A DNA stretch of 64,000 bases from an uncultured Candidatus Saccharibacteria bacterium (GTDB lineage: Bacteria; Patescibacteriota; Minisyncoccia; Phycocordibacterales; UBA918), in the NCBI GenBank assembly GCA_964593375.1, contig CAZQIF010000002.1:7197-71196 (forward strand), written 5' to 3'. Positions 35,699 to 45,769 of this stretch are shown piece by piece. Both the position numbers and the translations under genes were made by a program. Under the pieces are notes generated by a model. The model saw nothing but the letters and a program-made list of their open reading frames with translations, searched no databases and was not told the origin of the DNA. Position 1 is the stretch's first letter. Each line of letters begins with the position of its first letter.

Positions 35699-36697
35699 TT
35701 ATTTTTGTTTTTGATTCTTTATGTACCAATCAAATGAGCGTTGTAGACCTTCGTCAAGTGATATTTTTGCCTCCCAACCAACGTGCTCCTTAATTTTCGA
35801 AACATCTGCCGCCCTACGCTTCACGCTCCCTTCCGGACCATTTTGAATATCAAGTTTTTCTGGTGTCCATCCCGCAATCTTAAATAATTTTTTTGCGAGT
35901 TCTTCCATAGAGACCTCATCATCGTGATGACGACCTATGTGGTATGTCCCTCCATCAGTAATATCTGATTCCATCACCATCTGCATTGCTTCAACTGCAT
36001 CATCCATGTAACAGAAAGTACGCGTGTTATCTGCTCCATATATTGGAAATGGATCAACCCTGTCTTGAATACGTGCGATGAACTGAGGAATAACGTGCTC
36101 GTACCCTGTTCGTGGCCCATAGAAATTATGTGGACGAACTATCACTGAACGTAGTCCGTGCTCTTTTGCAAAATGAATATAAAAAAGTTCTCCAATAAGT
36201 TTTGTTCCACCATATGTCCAGCGAGGATTATATGTGTCTGAAATTACCAAAGGAACATTCTCAGGAGTTGGAATAGGAAGCTGTTCAAAGGCTTCAAGTG
36301 CACTCGCATACGCCTCATTTGAGGATGTGTACATAATTTTTGCCTGAGGATTTGTCTCTTTCATCCACTCGAGACTGTGCAAAATACTCGTAACACCAAT
36401 ACGCAACACTTCACCAGGCATCGTATAAAATAATCCTGTTCCATTAATACTCACCAACTGATATATATCATGATATCCAGTTCCAAGAGTATTCCACCCT
36501 TCGCGTGTTGTTAGATCAGCTTCTATGAGCGTCACGTTCGGGAGCGCAAGCAACTCATGTAAGTGATGGTCTCTTTTCCCTCGAAAAAAATTATCAGCAA
36601 TGACGACTTGGTACCCCTGTTTTGCAAGACGACGAGCAAGGTATACCCCTATCGAACCCGCACCTCCCGTGATAAGAACTTTTCGTGATGATTGCAT
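35699..36697 (-). CDS. NAD-dependent epimerase/dehydratase (extended SDR), nucleotide-sugar modifying
   Basis: KVLITGGAGSIGVYLARRL (Rossmann GxxGxxG), YTSSNEAYA and the YxxxK region. It is 332 aa. Confidence 0.85.
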   Translation of the reverse strand: MQSSRKVLITGGAGSIGVYLARRLAKQGYQVVIADNFFRGKRDHHLHELLALPNVTLIEADLTTREGWNTLGTGYHDIYQLVSINGTGLFYTMPGEVLRIGVTSILHSLEWMKETNPQAKIMYTSSNEAYASALEAFEQLPIPTPENVPLVISDTYNPRWTYGGTKLIGELFYIHFAKEHGLRSVIVRPHNFYGPRTGYEHVIPQFIARIQDRVDPFPIYGADNTRTFCYMDDAVEAMQMVMESDITDGGTYHIGRHHDDEVSMEELAKKLFKIAGWTPEKLDIQNGPEGSVKRRAADVSKIKEHVGWEAKISLDEGLQRSFDWYIKNQKQK

Positions 36698-36699
36698 GT

Positions 36700-38334
36700 T
36701 TATTTTTTAAGAGTAAGCCAGATATGCTTGACGCCGATAACTTCATGACTGAGCACTTCAAAGCCAACACGTTCTGCCATTCGCATTGCTTCCTCTGGAG
36801 TATATGCTGCTCCATACGACCACTCCCAACGCCGTGCCCCCCTTCCTCCTCGTAACTGGACTTTTATAATACTGTCTTCTTTTGCAATGCGATAAAATTC
36901 TCTCATATACTCTTCAACAACCTTATGCGTGGGAATATGCTGAAGTACAAGGAATGAGAAAATAAAATCAAAATAATTATCAGGATACGGAAGTTTTCCT
37001 CCATCATAGTGTTCAAAACTCACATTCAAGTCATCAATACGTTTCTGAGCTTTTTGTATCATGGTTTCTGAGACATCAACCCCATGTACATTTTCAAAAT
37101 CACGTGCAAAGTAAATCGTCATACGACCAACACCACTTCCAAAATCAAGAGCGCGCTTCGTCTCAGGTTTTTTAATTATTCTTTCGAGAAGTGGGTCATG
37201 CGTAACATATCGTTCATAGTCTGATCTTCCAGTCTCATAAAGTTCTTTTTCGGTAACAGATTCACCTCCGACAGTCGTTGGATTAGCATAATAGAGAGCA
37301 TTTTCTTGAGCTTTTTCTTCCCAGAGTTCATTTGAACGAACAATTGAGCGGTCTGGAAAAACACTCATCATTGCGACAGGAATGAACCTTAACTCCTTTC
37401 GAGTCGTTTGTATGAACGGGATCTGATTAAAGGCAATCCACAGCGTTCGTATGAAGGTTCTGTCAATAAGTCTTTTCTCCCAGAAAGAGAACACTTTAGG
37501 AAGAGAGCTATACTTTTCTTGAATCACCTTATGGTGCTCATTTGAACTATATGCACCAATAAGAAGGTCAACATTCTTACCTTCTGCTTGATGGGCACCA
37601 ATAAAAGCTCGGGTATCTTTTGGTAAACAGTGGCCATCAAAAGCTTGACCGTATCTGAGATACATTTTTCGTTCTAGTACGAAATCAAGAACGCGCTCAA
37701 TCTTCAAGATGTCCTCTTTTGTCCTCGGTGTACCCATGCTGTCTCCCATTTCGTTCACAAATGCAATGCGAATGGTATTCCACAAATTTGACAGGTACTT
37801 AATGTATGAAGCCTCCTCAGGTGTTCCTTTGAAAGTTCTGTATGACCTTCGTTCCCAATCTCGAAGAAATGAAGGAGCTTCAATCTTGCTTCGGTTTCCT
37901 AAAACAAAATAAAATGGATTGAGACATTCATCAACAGCATTCTTTTCGTGAAGGAATTCTGGAACATACATATCAAAAGATAGTTCTTTTAGTTTTTGGG
38001 GCAAAACAGTGGACCGAAGAATGACTCTCCCCTTTAGGGTTCTTAGTGAGTCGGTTGCTTTTTTAATCAGTGATATGTCTTGTTCACGCTCTTCAGATAC
38101 ACGATCACCAACACAAACTATGTACCACGTCTCAGGACTATCGATATCAGTCAATGAAAAGATTCGCTCAACCTTCTCATAAGGTTCACCGTCATTTGCA
38201 TAATGATTGTTAATTGTCTCGGCTGGGTCATAAAATTTAACAGAATAACCCATTTTAACGAGCGATAACGCATTTGCCTGCCCAATCCACCCATATCCAA
38301 CAACAACGATTTTCTCCTTTTTTTCAGTATTCAT
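36700..38334 (-). CDS. Two-module protein: N-terminal UDP-glucose/GDP-mannose-dehydrogenase-like NAD-binding plus central domain (no C-terminal UDP-binding domain) fused to C-terminal class I SAM methyltransferase
   Basis: The N-terminus has KIVVVGYGWIGQANA (Rossmann) and FDGHCLPKD (compare the UGDH catalytic GGSCFPKD). The C-terminus has ALDFGSGVGRMTIYFA and DFIFSFLVLQHIP (Methyltransf_11-like). It is 544 aa. The same two modules occur as separate adjacent genes at 41387..42244 and 40740..41390. Confidence 0.65.
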   Translation of the reverse strand: MNTEKKEKIVVVGYGWIGQANALSLVKMGYSVKFYDPAETINNHYANDGEPYEKVERIFSLTDIDSPETWYIVCVGDRVSEEREQDISLIKKATDSLRTLKGRVILRSTVLPQKLKELSFDMYVPEFLHEKNAVDECLNPFYFVLGNRSKIEAPSFLRDWERRSYRTFKGTPEEASYIKYLSNLWNTIRIAFVNEMGDSMGTPRTKEDILKIERVLDFVLERKMYLRYGQAFDGHCLPKDTRAFIGAHQAEGKNVDLLIGAYSSNEHHKVIQEKYSSLPKVFSFWEKRLIDRTFIRTLWIAFNQIPFIQTTRKELRFIPVAMMSVFPDRSIVRSNELWEEKAQENALYYANPTTVGGESVTEKELYETGRSDYERYVTHDPLLERIIKKPETKRALDFGSGVGRMTIYFARDFENVHGVDVSETMIQKAQKRIDDLNVSFEHYDGGKLPYPDNYFDFIFSFLVLQHIPTHKVVEEYMREFYRIAKEDSIIKVQLRGGRGARRWEWSYGAAYTPEEAMRMAERVGFEVLSHEVIGVKHIWLTLKK

Positions 38335-38545
38335 GTGATGGTATAAAATTGGTATTTTCGCTAACGCCTTAGATACTAATGTTTTTCTCTGAAAAAATCC
38401 ACTTTTGGGAAATATCGAATCTAGTGGATACTGTTTATTACCTAAGGATAATTAGAAAGGTTGTATACATACTTTGTGGCTATCTGCCCAACAGCGAATA
38501 GGTCTTGTTTGTATTGATACAATTGAAACGGTATACTTTCCCTGC

Positions 38546-39544
38546 ATGTTTACAGAACATATTCAGCATCTTATCTGCACAAAGTGTAAATCAACACTCT
38601 CCATTGCAGACTCAATAAAGGTTCACGCGAAAAAGATTGAGGAGGGAGACCTTGTATGCTCTCAGTGCAACACAAAATTCCCAATCATTCGAGGAATACC
38701 TCGATTCGTCCCACTCGACCACTATACGCAAGCGTTTGGTTATCAGTGGCTCCAACACGCAAAAACACAATACGACAGTTTTACAGGGATGCCAGTATCA
38801 GAAAATCGAATCCGTATCGAAACAAAATGGCCAGAAAAACTACCCGGTGAAAAAATTCTTGAAGTTGGATCTGGTTCTGGTCGGTACACAGAGCAACTCA
38901 TTAAGAATGGTGCCCTTATCGTTTCGTTCGATGCAAGTGTTGCCGTTGAGGCGAATTATGAAGCCCACGGAAATAACCCAGCAGTGCTTATTGTACAAGC
39001 AGACATCTATAACCTTCCTTTCAGAGATGCCTATTTCGACAAACTTCTTTGTTTTGGAGTGTTGCAACATACTCCGGATCCTAAAAAATCAATTCTTTCC
39101 ATCGTTTCCAAAGTTCGTCCTGGGGGCAAGTGCGCGATGGATATTTATCGAAAACACCGCTGGTACAGACAGATATGGAATACACGTTTCTGGGTTCGTC
39201 CTTTTGTAAAAAAAATGAAACCTGAACGTCTCTATTTACTTTGCACTCGATATATCAACTTCATGTGGCCCCTTGCATGTCTTATTACACGTCTCCCATA
39301 TGGACGTTCTATAAACCAAAAATTGCTTGTTCCAGAACTCATCACTTCATGGAGATATGAACAGTTTTCAAACGCCCAACATAAACAGTGGGCACTTCTT
39401 CATCTTTTTGACTGGCTTAATCCAACCTATGACAAACCTCAGAACATTGAAACATTCCATACATGGTTAAATGAGGCAGGTCTTGTAGATGTGGAAACAA
39501 ATATTGGGTATTCAGGGCTAGAGGGCAGAGGTGTGCGAAAATAA
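38546..39544 (+). CDS. Class I SAM-dependent methyltransferase with N-terminal CxxC...CxxC zinc-ribbon (Trm112-like)
   Basis: The start was chosen at MFTEHIQ. CTKCKS...CSQCNT, then ILEVGSGSGRYT and DKLLCFGVLQHTPDP. Confidence 0.65.
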   Translation: MFTEHIQHLICTKCKSTLSIADSIKVHAKKIEEGDLVCSQCNTKFPIIRGIPRFVPLDHYTQAFGYQWLQHAKTQYDSFTGMPVSENRIRIETKWPEKLPGEKILEVGSGSGRYTEQLIKNGALIVSFDASVAVEANYEAHGNNPAVLIVQADIYNLPFRDAYFDKLLCFGVLQHTPDPKKSILSIVSKVRPGGKCAMDIYRKHRWYRQIWNTRFWVRPFVKKMKPERLYLLCTRYINFMWPLACLITRLPYGRSINQKLLVPELITSWRYEQFSNAQHKQWALLHLFDWLNPTYDKPQNIETFHTWLNEAGLVDVETNIGYSGLEGRGVRK

Positions 39545-39572
39545 TCCGTATACTTTAAAGACCAAATTTTAT

Positions 39573-40715
39573 TTATACTATTTTCTCCAATATGCGCTTG
39601 GCTCGTGAATCCCAGGCAAATCGTTGGACCTGTACAATGGCTCTCTGTTTCATTTCTTCGAATGTGCTTTCTTTCTCAAGAGCCAGCATCATTGCATCTT
39701 GGAGTGATTTTTGATCCCCAGGTCTAACAAACAAAACCATGCTTTCATCGACAATTTCACGTACAGAGGGAAGATCACTTGTTATAACTATCTTATTACT
39801 TGCAATATACGCAAAAAGCTTTGTTGGAGACATGAAGTTCCTATAATGCTCAGTATCAGGATAATTCATAATGAGAAAATCTACAGACTGAACATACGAT
39901 GCAAAATCTTTTTGGACCAATGGAAGAAGTGTGAAATCTTCCTTCATTAGGCCCAAACTAAGGCATGCTGATTGTAAAAGTTCTATCTCAAGAGTTTCTA
40001 AGCCTGCTATAAGTAGATGTGTGTTGTGCATTAATGCATGGAGTTTAGCAAAGGCTTGAACTAGGTCATCAACTCCTTTTTCTTCTCCCATTGTTTTATA
40101 TTTTCCTATATATGCAAATATTTTTTTGTCTGTAGCTATTTCAAATCTTTTTCTAATATCAGTAACTGATTTGGTATCTGTAAACTGCTCGAGATTCACA
40201 CCACTTGGTTCAACAACAATATCTTCTCGCCCCGTGTTTTCTTTGTAATGAGTTCGGAGGCCGTCGGTAATACAAACAACCAAGTTTGCCTTCCGAACCA
40301 CGTAATGCACAAACACATTGTTATATGTTTTATGGGCTTCAAGTACAGTCTTTTTCTTTGTATGAAATAGTATTGGCAACAGTATCATCCAGGGGTCACG
40401 GGTATAAAGAACGTCAACATTTCCTGTGTTTCTCAAACTAAGAAGAACGGCAAACATTTGTGAAAGTCTAGCGATGTAAAAACCAAATTTTCCAAGATTT
40501 GGGTAAAAATCTATTGAGCGCATTGTATTTATATGAAATATTTTTTCTACTCCATAAAAATCAAAAGCATTATCAGTAATATAATTTTTCCGAAATGGGC
40601 GAAGTAATGTTACCCCGTTTCCCGCCTTAGCAAATGCTTCACATTGCCTCATGATTGCAAGACCTGAGGCCTTTTCATTAGGTATTCGAACACTTGCAAG
40701 ATAGAGAATATTCAT
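39573..40715 (-). CDS. Glycosyltransferase family 4
   Basis: 380 aa with GT-B architecture. The C-terminal region ...FAYIASNKIVITSDLPSVREIV... is the GT4 sugar-donor domain. Confidence 0.75.
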   Translation of the reverse strand: MNILYLASVRIPNEKASGLAIMRQCEAFAKAGNGVTLLRPFRKNYITDNAFDFYGVEKIFHINTMRSIDFYPNLGKFGFYIARLSQMFAVLLSLRNTGNVDVLYTRDPWMILLPILFHTKKKTVLEAHKTYNNVFVHYVVRKANLVVCITDGLRTHYKENTGREDIVVEPSGVNLEQFTDTKSVTDIRKRFEIATDKKIFAYIGKYKTMGEEKGVDDLVQAFAKLHALMHNTHLLIAGLETLEIELLQSACLSLGLMKEDFTLLPLVQKDFASYVQSVDFLIMNYPDTEHYRNFMSPTKLFAYIASNKIVITSDLPSVREIVDESMVLFVRPGDQKSLQDAMMLALEKESTFEEMKQRAIVQVQRFAWDSRAKRILEKIV

Positions 40716-40739
40716 AAAATTAAATATCTACAACAAGAT

Positions 40740-41390
40740 TTATTTCTTTTCCGCTGAAACAAAATATCCAAGTGGAACTCTTACTTTGATGAATGCATAA
40801 CGACGTGAAAAACGAGAAAGTATTTTGTCTGTACCCATCGCAATATTTTTGAAGAGCATTTTGAGAGGCATCGTTGGGATGCTTCCTCCAAATGTTTGAA
40901 ATATAACTGAACATGGGCCATCACCAAGTTCTGTTACTACTATATCGGTAAATCCCTGCTCGCTAAGTAAGCGTTCGAGTGTTGCTCGTGTGTAGCGAAA
41001 ATAGTCGTCTGGGGAACCGTGAATGTTGAAGAAAAAAGGTACTGAAAGATATATATGTCCGCCCTTTTTTAAAATTCGGAAAGATTCACTGAGAAGGTTC
41101 TGATAATTAAATATATGCTCCATAACATTAATACAGAGGACATTATCAAATGATGCGTCAGGGAGTGGAAACGGCTTTTCAAAATCAAACACATGTTCAG
41201 CTTGTGAAGGAGCTTTATGTGTTCCACTTTGTTCAATGTCAAAATTGGCCACCTCAATTGGCTGTTCTGATTTGAGAAGTGAAAAGTAGCTTGAGCCTTT
41301 GTGACCACCCAAATCAATTACACGACCAATGAGTTGTAGTTTTGCTAATTCGGTATCTTCTTTAGTTCGTAGGATTGAGTAGGTTCTCAT
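40740..41390 (-). CDS. Class I SAM-dependent methyltransferase (Methyltransf_11-like)
   Basis: VIDLGGHKGSS, FDNVLCINVMEHI and LKKGGHIYLSVPF. It overlaps the upstream UGDH-like gene by 4 nt (ATGA coupling). Confidence 0.7.
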   Translation of the reverse strand: MRTYSILRTKEDTELAKLQLIGRVIDLGGHKGSSYFSLLKSEQPIEVANFDIEQSGTHKAPSQAEHVFDFEKPFPLPDASFDNVLCINVMEHIFNYQNLLSESFRILKKGGHIYLSVPFFFNIHGSPDDYFRYTRATLERLLSEQGFTDIVVTELGDGPCSVIFQTFGGSIPTMPLKMLFKNIAMGTDKILSRFSRRYAFIKVRVPLGYFVSAEKK

Positions 41391-42244
41391 GTAAGATTAT
41401 TTTTTGTTTCAATTTCCCCATACACTCCACACACAAGGTCTTTGTCTTTTTGTGTCGCTTTAAGAAGTGCGAGATTTTTTTCTTCCATTGCGCCGAGAAC
41501 TTTAATACCCAATGAATCATCAGGACAAAGTTCACGATACATGCGTGAAAATGCCGCCATATCCTTAATGAAACAGTGCCCCCCTGCCCCGCGACCACTT
41601 TTGTGAATTGGTGAGTTGTAGTATGGCGACATCATGGGATCAATGTTCATGATTTCCTCAACCTGTGTCCACTCGACACCGAGCGTCTGTGCAGTGTCAT
41701 AAAAAATGTTTGAGAACACAACGCGCATAAATCCATGGATATTGTGGGTGTATTTGAAGAGCTCTGCTGCCTCAGTGGATACGATGAAAGAATGGCCACT
41801 TTTTGGAAGAAGGTTCATAACTATTTCTGCAGCGGTACGATGTCCTGCAGAATCGGGTGGTACACCAACAATATTGAACATCGGGTTCGCTGCGTCACGC
41901 GCTGCAGTAGCTTCACATAAAAATTCAGGTGAGAAAAGCAATACGATGTTCGGATATGTTGCCTGAAGTTTTTTTGTTGTTCCGGGGAGTAGTGTTGATT
42001 TAATAACTGCAATCTTTCCTTCCCCCACAAGGCTGAGTGACCTTTCGACAATACTGTAATCAAATCCTTTGGGTGTTGAGGGGGTTGGCACTGCAATAAA
42101 AACAACATCGCATGTTTTTATAAAATCTTTGTTGCCAATATATTCTGTTTCGAGTGAGTAGCGAATTACTTCATATCCACGATTTTCAAAATCATTCGCA
42201 TAATTTTTTCCAATATATCCTTGTCCGATGAATCCTATTTTCAT
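41387..42244 (-). CDS. Truncated UDP-glucose/GDP-mannose dehydrogenase-family protein (NAD-binding and central domains only)
   Basis: MKIGFIGQGYIGKNYA (Rossmann) and GGHCFIKDMAAF (UGDH catalytic-Cys region). It is 285 aa, too short for a full UGDH. It is a paralog of the N-module of 36700..38334. Confidence 0.6.
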   Translation of the reverse strand: MKIGFIGQGYIGKNYANDFENRGYEVIRYSLETEYIGNKDFIKTCDVVFIAVPTPSTPKGFDYSIVERSLSLVGEGKIAVIKSTLLPGTTKKLQATYPNIVLLFSPEFLCEATAARDAANPMFNIVGVPPDSAGHRTAAEIVMNLLPKSGHSFIVSTEAAELFKYTHNIHGFMRVVFSNIFYDTAQTLGVEWTQVEEIMNIDPMMSPYYNSPIHKSGRGAGGHCFIKDMAAFSRMYRELCPDDSLGIKVLGAMEEKNLALLKATQKDKDLVCGVYGEIETKNNLT

Positions 42245-42345
42245 TTCGTGAAGTTTAAGTTTTATATTTGATTAAACGCGCAATCTCAAAGAGAAGTTGC
42301 TATAGTATAGCCATAATCAATAATAATTCCATATATTTCAAGCAC

Positions 42346-43095
42346 ATGAGACCATTTTCAAGCCTAGATTACGAACATTTTTATCAACGAGTTCTGCGTG
42401 TCATTTTTTCTTTTATACACCGAGCGCTTCGGGGCCTTGCAAACAATCTGCTACATAAGGATGTAATCAAGCCACGTGAATTCAGTAATGCAATCCTCAG
42501 ATACTATGCGCCTCTTTTTACGGGCAAAATTATAAATGTCTCAGGGTGGAAAGATGGTGACTTTGAAAATGGATTTTATGCAACCTACTTTCAAAATGCA
42601 ACAAACTATTATGTTTCAAACGCTCCAACCTCAAGTAAGGGCATTGGTTCACTCGAATCTGAAATTGCAATTGATCTTTCGAAACCAATCGATGTTACTT
42701 TGCACAAGCAGTTTGATGTCGTCTTTAATCACACTACACTCGAACATATTTTTGAGTTAGAGATGGCATTTAAAAATCTGTGCGACCTTAGTAAGGATGT
42801 TGTCATTCTTGTTGTTCCTACCCTTCAACATATACACTTCAATGATGGCTTTGGCGACTACAACAGACTCACCCCGATGGGCATCGTGAAATATTTTGAA
42901 AAGAATGATTTTGTAACAATCGTCCTTCAATCAAACGAACAACAGTTTTCTCCCATATACTGTTTTGCAATCGCTGTACGAAAAGGCTCAAAGTATATGG
43001 GGCTCATAGAAAAGAATTTAGACTTTAGTATGGGAGGAGAGCTATACGGATCTAAAATAAAAACAGAGCACATCAAAACACACGTTGGTGTTTGA
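42346..43095 (+). CDS. Hypothetical protein, possible degenerate class I methyltransferase fold
   Basis: The start was chosen at MRPFSS, because the upstream part of the ORF-track call is AT-rich. FDVVFNHTTLEHIFELEMAFKNL resembles an MTase motif II/III. Assignment is weak. Confidence 0.35.
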   Translation: MRPFSSLDYEHFYQRVLRVIFSFIHRALRGLANNLLHKDVIKPREFSNAILRYYAPLFTGKIINVSGWKDGDFENGFYATYFQNATNYYVSNAPTSSKGIGSLESEIAIDLSKPIDVTLHKQFDVVFNHTTLEHIFELEMAFKNLCDLSKDVVILVVPTLQHIHFNDGFGDYNRLTPMGIVKYFEKNDFVTIVLQSNEQQFSPIYCFAIAVRKGSKYMGLIEKNLDFSMGGELYGSKIKTEHIKTHVGV

Positions 43096-43115
43096 TGGTG
43101 AATGCCAATTCGGGA

Positions 43116-44951
43116 TTACTTTAATCCAACATTGTGTTCCCTTGCCCAAATTTGAAGGGCCAGAATGTTCCATAGAGGATACAAATAATACCCTCTTTTC
43201 TCGACGTGCGCATCCAGTATCTCCTGCACCTTCTCCCAATCAAATAATCCGTCGAGACCATCATAATAACTCGATGAAAAGACGTTCTTAGCAAGCTTGT
43301 TAATAATGGGGTCGCGGAACCACTTTGCAGCTGGTGAAAGCCAGCCTCGCTTTGGTTCGCTATAGAGGTGTGGGGGAAGGTACTTTTTGTAGGCACTTCG
43401 AATAATACGCTTGCCTTGGTGTGGTAATACTTTCTTCCATATTGAAAGCTCATCAGCCATACGCACCACATCGTTATCGAGGAGTGGAATACGAAGTTCA
43501 AGTCCGTGCGCCATCGAAGCATAATCTGAGCGGATAAAGCATTCGTCCGGAAGCCAGGTACGACGGTCGACGTTCATAAATACATCGAGCGGGTGTATGC
43601 CTTTAAACATAGGGTCAGCATAGAGTGAATCAAAATACTTTGTCACATTTTGATTGATGGGAAGGTCACGAGTGAGAAACGGTCGAATCTTTTTCTCATC
43701 TTTCACCATGAGTGCACGGTGGAGTGGCGTGAAAAATGGTGTCGATAACTTTCCAATGCGTGGACTTACCTTCGCCCCAAGTTGCTGTACAAAGTTTGGT
43801 AATTGTTGATAGAGGTATGCCCCCATTGCAATACGATGACGCGTGTATCCCGCAAAGAGTTCATCACCTCCGTCTCCTCCGAGAGCAACCACCACCCCGT
43901 CTTTCCGCACAAAATCACTGAGAAGAAATTGCGTGAGTGCGGTTGAGTTTGCGATTGGTTCACTCACCGATGCGAGCATGTTTTCGGCATTACTCCGAAT
44001 ATCATCGAGCGTAATCGTGAGAATTTTGTGCTCCGTTCCATAAAACGCAGAGGTCCGCTTTGCGAGCTGTGCATCGGCATTAAATTTCACACTGTCATTC
44101 TCCTCCCCCTTCACTGCTTCAAAATCAACGGAATATGTTTTGGTGTGAGCTGAATATTTTGCCATGTGGTGCACCACAATACTCGAATCGAAACCGCCCG
44201 AAAGATAGGCACCAATGGGACGGTCGGACACCATCTGTCGCTCCACCGCCTGGTCGATGGTGTTATAAATTTGCTCTTCTGGAACAGGTTTTTTAAGAGG
44301 AAGTGGTTCGAGGTACGAGGCTATCGTAACGTTGCCGTTTTGATATCTTAGTAAATGCCCTGGTTGAAGTTTCGAAACACCCTCTATAAGCGACTGAGGC
44401 CCTGGAACATATTCCATACTAAGATAAAATCCGACACTCGTCATATCGAGCATTGGTTTTTCTTTAGCACAGAGAACCGCAGGCATCTCTGATGAGAATG
44501 CGAGCACTCCATTTTCTAAGCTGTAGTAGAGGGGTTTAATGCCCATGTGATCGCGTGCGAGAAGGAGTGTATTTTTTTGATTGTCCCAAAGACCAAATGC
44601 AAACATCCCGCGAAGCTTTGGGAACATCTCCTCACCCCACTTCGCATATGCAGCAATGAGCACCTCAGTGTCGCTCTGTGTGGTAAACGTGTAGCCATTC
44701 TCGAGTTCTGCGCGTAGCTCACGGTAATTATAAATTTCGCCGTTAAACACAATGACGTAGCGCCCATCGGTACTCTTCATGGGCTGAAGCGCAGCATCAG
44801 ACAGGTCGATGATGGCGAGTCGATTGTGACCGAGTGTGATGCCATTTCCACTCCATATGCGAGAACCATCGGGGCCACGATGACGCGTCGCCTCATTCAT
44901 GCGCTCTACAAGCACCTCATCATTTTTTGTGACACCGTTTATCGCGCACAT
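43116..44951 (-). CDS. asnB: Asparagine synthetase B-type glutamine amidotransferase (class II GATase plus PP-loop synthetase)
   Basis: MCAINGV... has the N-terminal nucleophile Cys2. ...YLSGGFDSS... is the PP-loop. It is 611 aa. Confidence 0.85.
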   Translation of the reverse strand: MCAINGVTKNDEVLVERMNEATRHRGPDGSRIWSGNGITLGHNRLAIIDLSDAALQPMKSTDGRYVIVFNGEIYNYRELRAELENGYTFTTQSDTEVLIAAYAKWGEEMFPKLRGMFAFGLWDNQKNTLLLARDHMGIKPLYYSLENGVLAFSSEMPAVLCAKEKPMLDMTSVGFYLSMEYVPGPQSLIEGVSKLQPGHLLRYQNGNVTIASYLEPLPLKKPVPEEQIYNTIDQAVERQMVSDRPIGAYLSGGFDSSIVVHHMAKYSAHTKTYSVDFEAVKGEENDSVKFNADAQLAKRTSAFYGTEHKILTITLDDIRSNAENMLASVSEPIANSTALTQFLLSDFVRKDGVVVALGGDGGDELFAGYTRHRIAMGAYLYQQLPNFVQQLGAKVSPRIGKLSTPFFTPLHRALMVKDEKKIRPFLTRDLPINQNVTKYFDSLYADPMFKGIHPLDVFMNVDRRTWLPDECFIRSDYASMAHGLELRIPLLDNDVVRMADELSIWKKVLPHQGKRIIRSAYKKYLPPHLYSEPKRGWLSPAAKWFRDPIINKLAKNVFSSSYYDGLDGLFDWEKVQEILDAHVEKRGYYLYPLWNILALQIWAREHNVGLK

Positions 44952-45763
44952 ATATTCTTTATCATTGAAAACAAATCAAATCCTCCCTCAACCCATCGCC
45001 TCAGTTGCTTTGGTGAGAGACCTGTCTCTATACACATACGTGGAATCATAAAAGTTTCTCCCTTGGGCACAAATCGACTGATGGCGGTGTATGCGCGCTT
45101 ATATCCCGCATCACGAACGGTGAGTATCACCTCAGCATTCATGTGGCGTGGTGTACCGAACGGGTACGCAAAATCAGTGAGAGATTGACTGAGTTGTCCT
45201 TCCAGTATTCGCTTGTCATCAGTGATTTCTCGCTCAAGTTCAGTGTCTTGTAGCCGAGTCAGATTTGCGTGCGTGCGTGCGTGACCACCAATGGTTTGTC
45301 CGCTATGTGCCAGCGTTCGTACTCCCTTCCACGACAGTGCGCACTTTGGAGTAATGAGCAGATTTTCTTTCATAAATGTATCAGCCCGGGGTTCATCCTC
45401 GGCAACATCAATAAGTCCTGAGTTTATGAAAAAAATTCCTTTGACCCCGTACTTTCCTAAAACCGGGAGTGCAACATCCATCCATGACTGGTATCCATCA
45501 TCAAAGGTAACGAGGACATTTATTTTCTCTGCATCGAGTGCGTCCGTATAAAAATCTTCGGGTGAGATGACATTGTATGAACTTGTAAGCACCCCAATCA
45601 TTGATTCAAACCATTTAGCATCAGGGACATCGTGGAAGACAACGACGCGAACAAGTGGACCATTCCGCCGTACATATTTTCCGTACAACCAAGATTTTCC
45701 CGTTATCGATAAAAGAAAAATGATACTATTCCGAACGGTATGTTTTACGTTTTGAAATTGCAT
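44939..45763 (-). CDS. Polysaccharide deacetylase (CE4/NodB homology domain)
   Basis: VLVTFDDGYQSWMDVALPVLGKYGVKGIFFINSG is NodB motif 1/2. It is 274 aa. Confidence 0.75.
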   Translation of the reverse strand: MQFQNVKHTVRNSIIFLLSITGKSWLYGKYVRRNGPLVRVVVFHDVPDAKWFESMIGVLTSSYNVISPEDFYTDALDAEKINVLVTFDDGYQSWMDVALPVLGKYGVKGIFFINSGLIDVAEDEPRADTFMKENLLITPKCALSWKGVRTLAHSGQTIGGHARTHANLTRLQDTELEREITDDKRILEGQLSQSLTDFAYPFGTPRHMNAEVILTVRDAGYKRAYTAISRFVPKGETFMIPRMCIETGLSPKQLRRWVEGGFDLFSMIKNICAR

Positions 45764-45769
45764 GCTCGT

